DNA of 64,000 bases from an uncultured archaeon (GCA_963799775.1 CAWCYD010000003.1:352001-416000); one strand, 5' to 3'; shown: positions 10,910 to 22,322, counted from the stretch's first letter. The notes: a model not told the origin generated them from the sequence alone. Translations and numbers: made by a program.

Positions 10910-11695
10910 TTGCCCATGGAAGAGGTGGAGAGCGAGCTCAGGGACAAGTTCGGACTCAACTCCTACGAGGCGCGCGGCTATCTCGCCCTGGTCTCTTCGC
11001 CGATGAAGCCCAAGGACATCGCCGCGGCCGCGGACATACCCAACCCACGCGTCTACGACACCCTGCGGGCGCTCGAGATGAAGGGGTTCGTCCACAGGAG
11101 AGGCGACAATTTCGTCGCCGAGTCGCCCAGCGTCGCTCTCAAGACCTACATGCTCGGCCACCAGCGCTCGTTCGAGAAGGCGAGGGAGTCGAAGGAGGCG
11201 TCCATGAAGCACATCGTCGAGCTCCTGCAGCCCGTCCTCGCGTCCAAGGACGACCTCTCGGAGGAGCCCGTGCTTCTTCGAGGGATAGACGCGATCGCCG
11301 GGAGGTTCTTCGAGATCCTCGGAACGTCGAAGGACATCATGCTGATGGTGAGGAAGGCCCTGAAGGTGAAGGGCGTCTTCAGCGAGTATCTGGAGGCCTT
11401 TCCCATATCGGGGAAGAGGATACGCCTGCTTCTGCCATCAAAGCCGCCGATAAACGAGCGCGACGCAAGGCTTCTCTCACGGCTGAAGATAGAGACACGC
11501 TACTATGACCACCCCGTCCTGGACATGATGGTCGCGGACGAGCTCGACGTGGTCCTAGGCGTCCCAGAGAGGAGCAACGACGAGCCCTTCAGCGCGGTCG
11601 CCCTGTGGGTGAGGAACCCCTCGTTCGCGCGGTCCACGAGGGCGGCGATCGACGAGATATGGGAAGAGAGCTCCAAGCGGAAGGTTCAGGCGTAG
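10910..11695 (+). CDS. TrmB family transcriptional regulator
   Basis: FGLNSYEARGYLAL...IPNPRVYDTLRALEMKGFV wHTH plus C-terminal effector domain. Confidence 0.88.
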   Translation: MPMEEVESELRDKFGLNSYEARGYLALVSSPMKPKDIAAAADIPNPRVYDTLRALEMKGFVHRRGDNFVAESPSVALKTYMLGHQRSFEKARESKEASMKHIVELLQPVLASKDDLSEEPVLLRGIDAIAGRFFEILGTSKDIMLMVRKALKVKGVFSEYLEAFPISGKRIRLLLPSKPPINERDARLLSRLKIETRYYDHPVLDMMVADELDVVLGVPERSNDEPFSAVALWVRNPSFARSTRAAIDEIWEESSKRKVQA

Positions 11696-11700
11696 GCGAG

Positions 11701-12349
11701 ATGCCCAGGTCGAAGACCAAGGCAAGGAATCTCGGCGACCCGAGCGCCTTCAAGGCAGGCTACGCGCACATCAGGAAGAACGACCCAAAGCTCGCCCCCA
11801 TCCTCGACTCGCGTGGGGTGCTCAAGTTCAAGCCCGAAGGCCAGCCCTTCGAGTCGCTGGTGGAGTCCATCCTCTCGCAGCAGCTGGCCGGGTCCGCCGC
11901 CTCGGCCATCATCAAGAAGGTCCGGGCGCTCTTCCCTGACGGGGAGCTGGAGGCGAAGAGGATGCACAGGATTGACGCGAGAAAGCTCCGCTCCGCGGGC
12001 GTCTCTCCACAGAAGCTGACGTATCTCAAGGACCTCTCGGCCAGGGTCGTGAAAGGGAAGCTCGACCTCGAGGCGCTCGAATCGATGACCGACGAAGAGA
12101 TAATCGAGGTCCATCGACGAGGTGAAGGGCATAGGGCCTTGGACGGTCCACATGTTCCTCATCTTCACTCTCGGGAGGCCGAACGTCTTGCCCGTGGACG
12201 ACTACGGCATCAGGACTAGCGTGCGGAGCATCTACGGCCTGAGCGACCTCCCGAAGAAAGCCGACATCGAGAAGCTGGCGGCGAAATGGCATCCTTACTC
12301 CACCGTGGCGTCGTTGTATCTCTGGCACGCGAAAGATAACGAAAGTTAA
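11701..12349 (+). CDS. DNA-3-methyladenine glycosylase II (AlkA/HhH-GPD), frameshift ~12111
   Basis: LVESILSQQL, GVSPQK, KGIGPWT..MFLIF.LGRPNVLPVDD, WHPY. Confidence 0.9.
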
Positions 12350-12381
12350 ATGGCCTGCTGGGCTGGTCCCCGAAACCCGTC

Positions 12382-13558
12382 TTGAAGTTATTCGGCCCCG
12401 AACATGAGCAACTCCTGGTCTCGTTCTATGGAGAGGAGCAGGGGGAGGCCTATGGGGCCCTCCTTCGCAGCCTCTCTGTCGTCCTCAACGAGAGGATAGC
12501 CCCTCTCTCGCTGGCGCTCGACCAAGGAGAGGAGGAGATCGACAAGACGCGCCGGGTCCATCTTCGAGCAGGGCGTGTGCAGACTGCCCCACTCGAGCGA
12601 GTTCGGCGGAATGGACCTGCCCTTCGGTGTCTACGCCCTCGCCATGGAGCTCGCGGGCGCCGCCGATGCGAGCACGGCGATGAGTGTCGGGATACACAAC
12701 ACGGTGGCTGACGCTATCGAGACTTTCGGGTCGCCCGAGCAGAAGAAGCGACTCCTCCCTGGGCTCCTCTCGGGGAAGCGGTTGGCCGGCTTCGCACTCA
12801 CAGAGCCGTCGTCCGGTTCGGACGCCCGCTCGATGCACACGAAGGCAGCGCGCGAAGGAAGGCACTTCGTGATCGACGGCTCCAAGATGTTCATCACCAA
12901 CGCGGGCGAGGCGGACTTGTACCTCGTCTTCGCAGCCACCGGGAAGGGGCACGGGGCCTTCCTTGTGGAGCGGACCAACCCGGGCCTGAAGATCGGGAGA
13001 CCCCTGAACGAGAAGCTAGGGATGCGCGGCTCGCACACCGCCGAAGTGAGGCTTGCGAAGTGTCGCGTCTCCGAGGACTCGGTCCTGGGCAAGGAAGGGG
13101 CGGGCTTCGACCAGGCGAAGCGGCTGCTTGACTCGAGCCGCATCGTGATGGGGATGATATGCGTGGGCATCGCGCACGTCGCCTTCGACAAGGCGTTGTC
13201 GTATGCCAAGGGGCGGGACCTGTTCAAGAAGAAGCTCGCTGACATGCAGCTGACCAGGGAGAAGCTCGCGAACGCCACAATCGAGGCGAACGCTGCGCGC
13301 CTGCTCTGCCTCCATGCCGCCAGGCTCAAGGAGGCGGGAAAGCCCTTCTCCTCGGAGGCTGCCCAGGGGAAGGTGCTCGCCACTGAGATGGCGGTGAGGA
13401 CGTGCGACGCCACAGTGCAGCTCCTCGGTGGCTACGGATACACCAGCGACGACGTCCACAGGCACCTGAGGGATGCCCGACTCCTGACGATCGGCGAGGG
13501 CACGTCCGAAGTATTGAGAATGCTGATCGCCTCGAAAGAGCTGGAGCGCGAGAGTTGA
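12382..13558 (+). CDS. acyl-CoA dehydrogenase, frameshift ~12550
   Basis: FALTEPSSGSD, GSKMFITN, KLGMRGS, GGYGY, IGEGTSE. Confidence 0.92.
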
Positions 13559-14323
13559 ACATAGTAGTCCTCGTGAAGAGCGCAGTCGACGAGGCCGAGC
13601 TGTGGGCCGACCCAGGGGGACACCCGGTCCTGAAAGGGGCCGCAACGAAGATTAGCAACTTCGACATGAACGGCGTCGAGGAAGCGGTGAAACAGAAGGA
13701 GGAAAATCGCGGCACGGTCACCGTCCTCTCTCTCGGAGGTGCGGAAGCAAAGAAAGCGATCAAGGAAGCAATGGCGATGGGCGCGACCCGGGGTGTCCAC
13801 GTCCTCGCCGAGCCGTCCGAGGCTCCCGACTCGATAGGCACGGCCTACCTGCTGGCAAAGGCGATCAAGCGAATGGGGGAGGTGGACCTGGTGGTATGCT
13901 CCGAGGGCGCCTCGGACACCTACCAAGGCCAAGTGGGCGCGATGGTCGCCGAGCGCCTCGACATGCCGTTCCTAGCATACGCGAAGAAGGTCGAGACACG
14001 GGCAGGCAAAATAAGGATCGAGCAAAGCTACGAGGGCGGAATCAAGGTTCTCTTGGCGAAGCTGCCCGCGGTCGTCTCGGTCGTGAGCGAAGCGAACGTC
14101 CCCAGGTACCCCACCCTGATTCAGGTTATGGTCGCGGGGAAGAAGCCGATCGAGGACGTCCCCATGGCTTCCCTCCGGGGGGAGGACTACCCACGGACGG
14201 GCTTCGAGGTCCCTCGATATCGTCCTCCAGCCCGCGAGCAGGAAGAGATTGATTCTCAAGGGCACCCCTGAGGAGGCGTCCAAGAAGCTCGTCGAGGCGC
14301 TGAACAAGGACGGAGTCCTGTAG
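13555..14323 (+). CDS. etfB: electron transfer flavoprotein beta subunit, frameshift ~14210
   Basis: TTG start; NIVVLVK, AMAMGA, ASDTYQGQVG, NVPRYPTL; shifted tail LKGTPEEASKKLVEAL. Confidence 0.9.
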
Positions 14324-14325
14324 CC

Positions 14326-15255
14326 TTGGACGTCGTCTCCTACTCTGAAGACGCCGCTCTGGCCAGCGAGGTCGCCGCTGCGGCTCTGGACGTCGCGGAC
14401 GCAATTCGGGCAGACGCAGTCGCGATAGAGCTCGACGAGGTTAGCCCGGGCCTATCCTCTGCGGAGAAGGTTGTCCTTGTCAAAGGAGACAGGCCGCTCG
14501 AGGACGACGACGACGCGGCAGCCGCGGCCATCGTGGAGGTCGCAAAGACACGCGACATAGGAGCGATTCTAGTCGCAGAGACGAGGTTCGGGACGTTGGT
14601 GGCCGCGAAGGTAGCGGCGAGGCTCAAGGTCGGCTCGCTAGGAAAGGGCAGGAGGGTCCGCGTCGACGACGGCCGACTTGTGATAGAGAGGGACGCTTAT
14701 GGCGGTAAGTACGTCGCCCAGGTCGCGGCGAAGATGCCGTGCGTGGCGATCGTCCAAGCGGGTGCATACAAACCCACAGGCACGCGCCCCGCCCTCCTCG
14801 ACAGCTTGAGCGTGAGCGTCGGGGCGCCCCGCGTGGTAGTAGTGGAGACGAAGACGAGCCAGCGCGTGGGGACGGACCTGAAGTCCGCTCAAAGGATCGT
14901 CTCGGCAGGGCGGGGGTTTGCCAGGAAGGATGGCCTGTCTCTCGCGCAAGACCTGGCAAGCGCTCTCGGGGCCGCCCTCGGGTGCTCCCGTCCTCTCTCC
15001 TCCGACCTCGGATGGATGGGAGAGGATGCGCACATAGGGCTCACCGGCGCATACGTCCATCCCGAGCTCTACGTGGCGCTAGGGATATCGGGGCAGCTCC
15101 AACACATAGCAGGCATCAAGGACTCGAAGGTGATCGTCGCGATAAACAAGGACGCGCAGGCGCCAATATTCCAATTCGCGGACTATGGCATCGTCGGCGA
15201 CCTCTACGAAGTCGTTCCAGCCTTGACGACCATCCTGAAGAGCAGACCTCGCTAG
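14326..15255 (+). CDS. etfA: electron transfer flavoprotein alpha subunit
   Basis: IVSAGRG, GCSRP, IGLTG, GISGQLQH, AINKD.QAPIF. Confidence 0.93.
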   Translation: MDVVSYSEDAALASEVAAAALDVADAIRADAVAIELDEVSPGLSSAEKVVLVKGDRPLEDDDDAAAAAIVEVAKTRDIGAILVAETRFGTLVAAKVAARLKVGSLGKGRRVRVDDGRLVIERDAYGGKYVAQVAAKMPCVAIVQAGAYKPTGTRPALLDSLSVSVGAPRVVVVETKTSQRVGTDLKSAQRIVSAGRGFARKDGLSLAQDLASALGAALGCSRPLSSDLGWMGEDAHIGLTGAYVHPELYVALGISGQLQHIAGIKDSKVIVAINKDAQAPIFQFADYGIVGDLYEVVPALTTILKSRPR

Positions 15256-15280
15256 GCCGCGGCCTGGGACTGGCCTAGCT

Positions 15281-17294
15281 TCACGAGGTCGGCAGCCTCT
15301 CGGCCACGAGTTCGGCGATGTCGCGCACCTCAAGGCCGCCGCCGGGTCCCTTGGCAGCGTCTTCGAGCATGGTGATGCAAAACGGGCACGCCACCGCCAG
15401 CGTCTTTGCGCCCGTCTTCACAGCCTCCTCCATGCGGATGACGCTGATCTTGGTCCGCTCGGGGACCGGGTACCAGACGTTCGCGCCGCCCCCGCCGCAG
15501 CAGAAGCTCTTCTCCCTGCTCCTAGGCATCTCGACCACCTCGAAGCCCTCAGCCGCTTTGATGGCATCGCGGGGGGCGTCGTAGACACCGTTCACCCGCC
15601 CCAGGTTGCAAGGGTCGTGGAACGTCACCGCCCCGTCGCGCTTCGCGAGGGGGAGCTTGCCCTGCGCGACGAGCTCGCCGATGAGCTGGGAGTGGTGTAC
15701 CACCTCAAAGTCCGCGCCGAACTCCGGGTACTCGTTCAGGAAGGTGTTGAAACAGTGGGGGCAGTGGACGACCACCTTCTTCGCCCCTGACCGCTTGATG
15801 CTCTGGATGTTTTTTAGGGCGAGCTCCTGAAAACGCGCCTCCTCCCCCATCCTCCTCACCGGCTCCCCCGTGCACACTTCCTCGTTCCCGAGCACGGCGT
15901 AATTCACCTTGGCCGCGTCGAGGATCTTTACCACGGACTGGGTCAGCTTCTTCCCCCTGGGGTCGTAGCTTCCGTGGCACCCCACCCAGTAGACGTACTC
16001 AGGGTGCGGGTTCTCCCTGAGCGTAGGGACCCCCGCCTCGCTGAGCCAGCTCTGCCTCTCCTGCTGCGGGAGCCCGAAGGGGTTGTTCGCCCGTCCGACG
16101 TTCTCCAAGAACGTCCTCTTCGCAGGGTCGAGCTTGTTCTCCGCCACGAGCGTGCGCCGAAAGTCGATGATGTAGTCGACCTGGTTGATGAACACCGGGC
16201 ACACCTCCACGCACGCGTTGCAGGTGGTGCAGGCCCAAAGCTCGCTCTGGCGTACCACGCCTCTGGCGAAGACGTCCTCGTCAGGCGCTGCTCTGGACTG
16301 TCTCCCAAGATCCTGGACGACGTCCCTGGGCGAGAGATCCCTACCCGCGGCGTTGGCAGGGCAGACTTCCTGGCACCTCCCGCAGTTCGTGCATGCGTCG
16401 AGGGCGAGGAGCCTGAGGGGCGCGAACGCGCTAGCGGCGTGTACGTTGGGCGGGGTTGAGACCTCGCCCGTCTCAAGCATCGCCGCCAGGCTGAAGGGAG
16501 TGCTCAGCCGGCCGCGTGGCTTCTCCGGCGAAAGGACGATGTTGGAAGCGGAAGTGAAGACGTGGACTAGCTTCGTGTAGGGGGTCGCGGCGATCAGCGC
16601 CATCACGGAGAACATGTGCGCCCACCAGACGGCCTGATAGACGACCTGCGCCTGCGCCACCGTGGGCGCCAGCGTCCTCCCGATCAGGGCTCCCAGCGCG
16701 TCTCCTACGGGCGAAAAGATAGCCCATTGCGAGGGGATCGCCACGAACCTCAAAGCCTCGATCATGAACCCTGAGACGCCGATCCAGAGCAGCATCCCCA
16801 GGACGACGCGGTCGTCCCAGCCCGTCCTCAACTTGTCCAACCTCTGGACGTAGCGCCTGTAGATTGCGATCGCGAGCCCAACGATGAAGAGGAGCCCGAG
16901 GGTGTCCCCTAGGAACTCCAGCGTGAGGTAGAAGTCCCCTTTGATGAAGATTCCTCCGCCGAAGACCGGAAGGATGTCGCTCTGGACGAATATCAGGCTG
17001 GTGTACGCGAAGAGCATGAGGAACCCGTAGAAGAGCGCACCGTGCATCACTCCTCCCGAGCCTCCTTCGATGGACCTTCCTCTGGCCCAGCGCGTACTTG
17101 CCGAACCGACCGAACTTCGTCTTTAGGTCCTTGGTGGAGAGCGAGAGGAACTCTCCGAGGCTCATCCCGTAGCTCTTCAGGTGCCTGTGGAGCCCGAAGA
17201 GCATGATTACTCCGGCAGCGAAGAATGCGGCGTAGACTACTGCCGGCGCGTAAGAGGGGAGGAAGAGGTAGCTCTGGCGAACCGGCTCGGACAT
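15281..17294 (-). CDS. membrane-bound Fe-S oxidoreductase (NarI-like TM domain + 2x[4Fe-4S] + two CCG domains; FadF/HdrD-like ETF:quinone oxidoreductase candidate), frameshift ~17070
   Basis: CTNCGRCQEVCP, CTTCNACVEVCP, CPHC, HDPC, CCGGGG, ACPFC. Confidence 0.88.
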
Positions 17295-17372
17295 CGGTCG
17301 GACCGATTCCACCTAATTCGGTTAATACAGGTTCCGAACCTTGCCTTTAGGTATCGTGGGCCAGGGTCGAGG

Positions 17373-19316
17373 CTAGGTCTGCGGTTGAGAAGGGGCGGGC
17401 TTCTTGTCCTCTCTCTTCCTGATTATCTTCCCGCCGCCCGCAGGAAGTATGCGGAGGATGTCGTCGACTCCAAGCTCGACCTTCGTGTTAGCGTATGGTC
17501 TCAGCTCGTGAAGCACCCGCTTCGCCGTGTCCGACGGCTTCTCCCTGCTCGGGATGACCATGACGTGCCCTCTCGCGACTTTCATTATCGCTTCCTCGGG
17601 TCCCGCGATCGCTCTCCCGACATCGTCAATCCCCACGGCTATCTCGACCGGGATCTTCGTCACGAAGTTCTTCTTCCCTTTGATCGCGAAAGAGCCATGG
17701 GCGAGGTACTCCCCGCTCGGCCCGGCGGCGCTTATCTGCTCCGGGGTGACCCAATAGGCGTCGGCCGCACCCAGGCCTGTCTTCCAGGCGCTGCTGAACG
17801 TCGCTGTCGCCTTCGCCACCTCCCTGACCTCCTCGTCTGTCTGGTCCTTCCCTCCCTTCAGTATGAAGAAAGGCGAGCCGAAGAGGTCCGCGTGGTAGAC
17901 AGTGTCGCCTTCCTGCATGTGCCTTCTTATCAGGGTCGTGTTGCTCTGCGCGTCGCGACCCCCGATGGCCAACTTCCCTCCCGTCGTGTAGAACCATCTG
18001 AACTTCTCGTACCACTCCTTCTTCGCCCTCGAGAGGGGAATCGCCTTCACGCGCGCGACCTCTTCCTTGCCGCTCTCTCTCTTGAGCCTCGGTTGGAGCT
18101 TCTTTATCGCGTCGTCGATGTCCCGGATGTCGCGTTCGTTCCTCTTCGCCCGGTCGAAGATGGCCGAGGAGACAGAGGCCTGCCCCTTCTCAGCCAGCTT
18201 CTCCAACGATGACAGAAGGTCGCCAGGAAGGGCTTTGGACCCCTTCGCTATCTGCACGGCCTCTTCAGCATCGCTCGCCGCCCCCACCCGCGAAGCAAGC
18301 GTCCTCAGCTCTGTCGAGAGGTCGGCCAAGCCAGCCTTCTTCGACTCGAGGTCGGCTATGGTGGCTTGCAGCTCCAGCGCACGGCGTTTGTGAGCCCCGA
18401 CCTTCGACTCGTCCGCTTCACCAGACTGGCCCTCTTCCTCCGCCGCCAGCAGGCCCGGGAACAGCAGTTTGTCCAGCAGGGGGCTCAGAGTGGGCGATGA
18501 CTCCACGACTTCCCTGCTCGTAGGCCGAATGACCATGACCTCGACTGAATCCTCGTCAGTCCTCACCAATGTGGGCGAAGGGTGGGTCTCGATGATTGCT
18601 AGCATGTCCCTTATTGTCGCCATGACCTGTTCGACGTCGGCATCGGACATTACTGCGGAGTCCTCCTGCCCATGCCTGAGGCGGGCCAGAATCTCGTCGA
18701 CGTACCTTCTAGGAATCGAGAGCCCCCTTCCGAGCGCGCGTCCGAGCGTCTTCTCCTTCGCGAACGCGTTCTTCAGGTCCTGGATCGTCAGCGTCTCTAG
18801 GGATGCCCGCGTCTGAGCCGGAGGGACGTACGGGTAGCCCTTCGCGAGCCTCCTCGAACCACCCTTGACGTCGCGAAGAAGAAGCACGATCTTCTTGTCA
18901 GGCCCCGAGAGCACGAGGTTACCCGGAGGCATGAGCTCGAGGACGAGCTGCAACCGTTCTTCCCCCTTGCCCTCGAACTCAAGGATCAGAACCCTGTCCA
19001 GGTCGAACTGCGAGACAGATGCCAGCCTCGCCCTTAGGAGGTGCGAACGAAGTGCCGTCGTGAACTCGGTGGTCTCGACCCTGGCCGGGTTCTCGGTCAG
19101 CCATGCGCCTAGCTTCGGCGAGAGCACAAGCGAGGCTTCCGTCGTTTGGCCCCCGTCTTCTCCAGCGGCCTTCCTCAGCCTGATGAGCTGGCTCTCTCCT
19201 ACCGAGTAGATGTTGGAGACATATGTCCCCGCGAGCGCGGACGAGATCTCCTTGGAGAGGACCCTGAACTCAAGGCCCGAGATCGAGCCCCGGAACTTCT
19301 CGGAAAGCAAAGACAT
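17373..19316 (-). CDS. ribosome quality-control factor Rqc2/RqcH (NFACT family)
   Basis: LELMPPGN, WYEKFRWF, IGGRDAQSN, HADLFGSP, GEYLAHGSF. Confidence 0.9.
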   Translation of the reverse strand: MSLLSEKFRGSISGLEFRVLSKEISSALAGTYVSNIYSVGESQLIRLRKAAGEDGGQTTEASLVLSPKLGAWLTENPARVETTEFTTALRSHLLRARLASVSQFDLDRVLILEFEGKGEERLQLVLELMPPGNLVLSGPDKKIVLLLRDVKGGSRRLAKGYPYVPPAQTRASLETLTIQDLKNAFAKEKTLGRALGRGLSIPRRYVDEILARLRHGQEDSAVMSDADVEQVMATIRDMLAIIETHPSPTLVRTDEDSVEVMVIRPTSREVVESSPTLSPLLDKLLFPGLLAAEEEGQSGEADESKVGAHKRRALELQATIADLESKKAGLADLSTELRTLASRVGAASDAEEAVQIAKGSKALPGDLLSSLEKLAEKGQASVSSAIFDRAKRNERDIRDIDDAIKKLQPRLKRESGKEEVARVKAIPLSRAKKEWYEKFRWFYTTGGKLAIGGRDAQSNTTLIRRHMQEGDTVYHADLFGSPFFILKGGKDQTDEEVREVAKATATFSSAWKTGLGAADAYWVTPEQISAAGPSGEYLAHGSFAIKGKKNFVTKIPVEIAVGIDDVGRAIAGPEEAIMKVARGHVMVIPSREKPSDTAKRVLHELRPYANTKVELGVDDILRILPAGGGKIIRKREDKKPAPSQPQT

Positions 19317-19418
19317 CTCCTTCCAACCCGCGCCTCGAGGACGGGCCCGTGCAAGTTTTATTAACCTACTGAGGCTCGGGTGATTTTTGCCCGCCCCCTC
19401 AGAATATAGTGATTTTGG

Positions 19419-19763
19419 TTGCCCTTCACCGACCTAGACAAGATGTACTGGTTCAGGACGGGCCTCGGGGTCTTGGGAGGGGGTCTTGCCGAGCTTCTCA
19501 CCGGTTGCAAGGTCATCCTCCCACCAGCCGCCAACGCGGGCACCTGCGTGGGAAGCGCAGTCCCCGACTACTCGACAGGGATACTTGTCTGGGTCGGGCT
19601 CTATCTTCTCTCGTTCTATCTGATCAAGTGGACCTACGGGAAGAAGCTGGACAAGGACGAGCAGAGGAAGATAGTTACGACTGGGATAGGGAGCTTCATA
19701 CTCCTCTTCATCTTCACCTGGGTCATTCTGTTTACTCTTGGGGTTTCTTACCTGAACTTTTGA
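19419..19763 (+). CDS. small 3-TM membrane protein, EMC6/Rab5ip-like
   Basis: DKMYWFRTGLGVLGG...TTGIGSFILLFIFTWVILFTL; family assignment is from pattern recognition only. Confidence 0.55.
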   Translation: MPFTDLDKMYWFRTGLGVLGGGLAELLTGCKVILPPAANAGTCVGSAVPDYSTGILVWVGLYLLSFYLIKWTYGKKLDKDEQRKIVTTGIGSFILLFIFTWVILFTLGVSYLNF

Positions 19764-20079
19764 CCGACTTGGCCCACTTACCTAGCGTCTGAAGATATCC
19801 GCGGTCAAGATCGTCTGTCATCTCGACCTTCGGGATCCTGTCGACAGCCCTCAAGATCTTCTCGGAGTCGGCCATCTTGTCGGGCGTCCTGTTCTCAGTG
19901 ACGTTCACGATCCCGTTGAGGGCGAGAAGGGCCCCTCTGCCGTACTCTGATGAGACCTGAGGTACGAGGTGATTCAATCGCTGTCTAGCATCCTCTAACT
20001 TGGAATGCACTAGGGACTCGATTATCACGTCCACTTCTTCCTTGATCATGCTGCTCGAAAGCATACGCGACTGACGCAT
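19732..20079 (-). CDS. hypothetical helical protein
   Basis: 115-aa ORF with plausible composition (EYGRGALLALNGI, DRGYLQTL). Confidence 0.6.
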   Translation of the reverse strand: MRQSRMLSSSMIKEEVDVIIESLVHSKLEDARQRLNHLVPQVSSEYGRGALLALNGIVNVTENRTPDKMADSEKILRAVDRIPKVEMTDDLDRGYLQTLGKWAKSVKSSGKKPQE

Positions 20080-20171
20080 TGGTTTCGTTTGCTTAAATGC
20101 TTATGTTCCCAAAAAGGCGAGGACTCCAGGACAGACTGGTCCCGCCGATGCGAGGCGGAGCCTGCGATCCT

Positions 20172-20916
20172 TCAGTCGAACCCGCGCTCGGAGATGCGGC
20201 AGAGGACGGGCTTCTCAGAGTTCGGTGGGTACTCGACGGAGGCATTGACGTGCGCTCCCATCCTGGTGAGTCGCAAGGACTTGCTCACGAACTTCCTCAA
20301 TGTGAGCCCGCCCAGGTCTACCTCCTGCGACTTGCCCTCACCAGGAACGGAAGCGACCCGATTCGTGAGCAGCACGAACCGCATCCGCCGGTATGCGTCG
20401 AGCGCGATGCTGTTGAGATACGCGCCCAGCTCTCCCTGTCGTCTGCCGGTCCTCTCTCTGCCCGGGAACTCGAGCGAGAAGTTCTTCGTGATGGTGTCCA
20501 CAACCACCAGCCTTGCTGAGCCCACCTTCGGGTCGTCGCGCATCGTCCTCATGCACCTCGTTGTGCGCACGGACGTCTCGCGCGCGTACCCAGTAGATCA
20601 GTTCGAGGGCGTCGCGGACGTCGATCCCCCTCGCCTTGGCCATCTCTTCTACTCTCTCGGGTCGGAACGTCGATTCCGAGTCCACGTAGAGCGTCCGCCA
20701 GCCTTTTCCCGCCGCGATGACAGCGGCCTGCATGGCCAACTGGGTCTTCCCAGTGTTGCTAGCCCCGAACACCTCTGAGATCTTTCCTTGCTCATACCCT
20801 CCCTCGAGCAACCCGTCGAGGGCGGCCGACCCCGTGCTCAGTCTCCCGAGCCCGCGGGCGACCTCCAAAGCCCGGGCGAAGGAGAGGTGGCCGGCACTCG
20901 CGGGATCAGATGACAT
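20172..20916 (-). CDS. RadA/RadB-like recombinase paralog, frameshift ~20575
   Basis: STGSAALDGLLEGG, GASNTGKT Walker A, VDSESTFRPER, LVVVDT Walker B. Confidence 0.85.
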
Positions 20917-21196
20917 TCGGACCAATCGGAACACCTCGAAGGGCGATAATAGCTTTCACGCCCGACGGGTCCGGGAATTCCGCTGGCCGTGAGGATACGT
21001 TTTTATGAGGAGCAGGCAACACTCGCGTGGTTCGGAACCCCACTTACACCGCTAACTGTGGGAATCGGAGTGCCAGTCATTGTTTGCTCCGTCTTCAGGT
21101 TCGTCTGGCCCTACAAGATCAAGTGAACACCCGAAGCTAAGAGAGTGAACTATTCCCCTAGGTCTCTCTCGTCGCTTGCTTGTGGCAGCCTTCGTC

Positions 21197-21914
21197 GTGC
21201 AATGGGTTCATCGCGCCTCCGCCGGGGCCACTTGATTTCCGAGCCCAAGGCTTAAATCAGAAGGCGGGAAGAAAGCACTGGGCTTGTCCGACCCGAATAC
21301 GGCGGCCTTGTCGAGCATCAGTGGCTACCTTTTTTGGGCTATCATTGTCAACATAATCGCGATACTCGTATCTCTCTTCACTTTTCTTCTTCTCGCCGGA
21401 CTCGACCTGATTTGGTTGGTAGGAGGCATCGCCGTTCTCATCAGAATACGGAGTACGAGAAAAGCGGCAGAGCGAAATGATATTGCTAAGCTCAAAACAA
21501 TGGCCTCAACCGGTTGGGCGATTGCGGGCTTCATATTCACCGGCATTATCCCTGGCATCTTGATGTCTATGACAGATGGAAAAATCAAGCAATTAGTAGT
21601 TCCATCCATGCCGATTGCCAGTTCGACTGCTGGAACAACTATCCCCGGGCAATTAGCAACACAGCAGACCGGGGATTTCAAGTATTGCGTATCTTGCGGA
21701 ACTCAAATCTCGAGACGAGCTTCTTTCTGCCCTAGTTGCGGGGCCAATCAGAATTAATTCTCTTCTAGACGCTGACATAAGACTCCGACAACAAAGGCGC
21801 CTCCGCCGGACAACCAGACCCCGACTGTAGGGCTAAGGACTAAGCACGTCAAGCTCGGAGGTAAGGTACTTGGATTTCGGAGTGTACAGGGTTCATTGCG
21901 CCTCCGCTGAGGTC
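21197..21914 (+). repeat. degenerate ~33-bp direct repeats (21197-21229, 21882-21914; partial copy 21797-21809) flanking an AT-richer gene
   Basis: GTGCAATGGGTTCATCGCGCCTCCGCCGGGGCC vs GTGTACAGGGTTCATTGCGCCTCCGCTGAGGTC; GCGCCTCCGCCGG recurs at 21797. Confidence 0.65.
21284..21757 (+). CDS. membrane protein with C-terminal zinc-ribbon domain
   Basis: Three TM segments, then KYCVSCGTQISRRASFCPSCGANQ; visibly more AT-rich than flanks. Confidence 0.8.
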   Translation: MSDPNTAALSSISGYLFWAIIVNIIAILVSLFTFLLLAGLDLIWLVGGIAVLIRIRSTRKAAERNDIAKLKTMASTGWAIAGFIFTGIIPGILMSMTDGKIKQLVVPSMPIASSTAGTTIPGQLATQQTGDFKYCVSCGTQISRRASFCPSCGANQN

Positions 21915-22073
21915 TTGAGGTCGAGTCGGCTCAAAGGCCTTGCAGCTGGGTAGAGCACGAAGAGAAACTATTCCAGCGACTTGGCCTTAGTCCTCGCAAG
22001 GGTGGTTTATTCCTCCCACTTGTGAGCGTAAAACGTTTTTATTCTCGGTAAAGGTCGGCTGAAAAGCTCCAAA

Positions 22074-22322
22074 GTGAACGCTTCTCAACAGGCGCCCAAG
22101 AGACCTCTCGCCGTCCTACAGAAGGCAATAAGCAAAAAGGCGACAATCCGTCTCAAGACCGACGTCGAGTATCGCGGACGCGTCTCGAACGTCGACGCAT
22201 TCATGAACGTGATACTCGAAGATGCCGAGGAATTCGAGGCAGGGAGACTCTCCGCGAACTATGGCAGGGTCATCGTAAGAGGAGACAACGTCCTCTACGT
22301 CAGGCTCGAAAGCTCGCTGTGA
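22074..22322 (+). CDS. Sm/LSm protein
   Basis: IRLK...YRG...VDAFMNVILEDAEE...YGRVIVRGDNVLY. Confidence 0.92.
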   Translation: MNASQQAPKRPLAVLQKAISKKATIRLKTDVEYRGRVSNVDAFMNVILEDAEEFEAGRLSANYGRVIVRGDNVLYVRLESSL

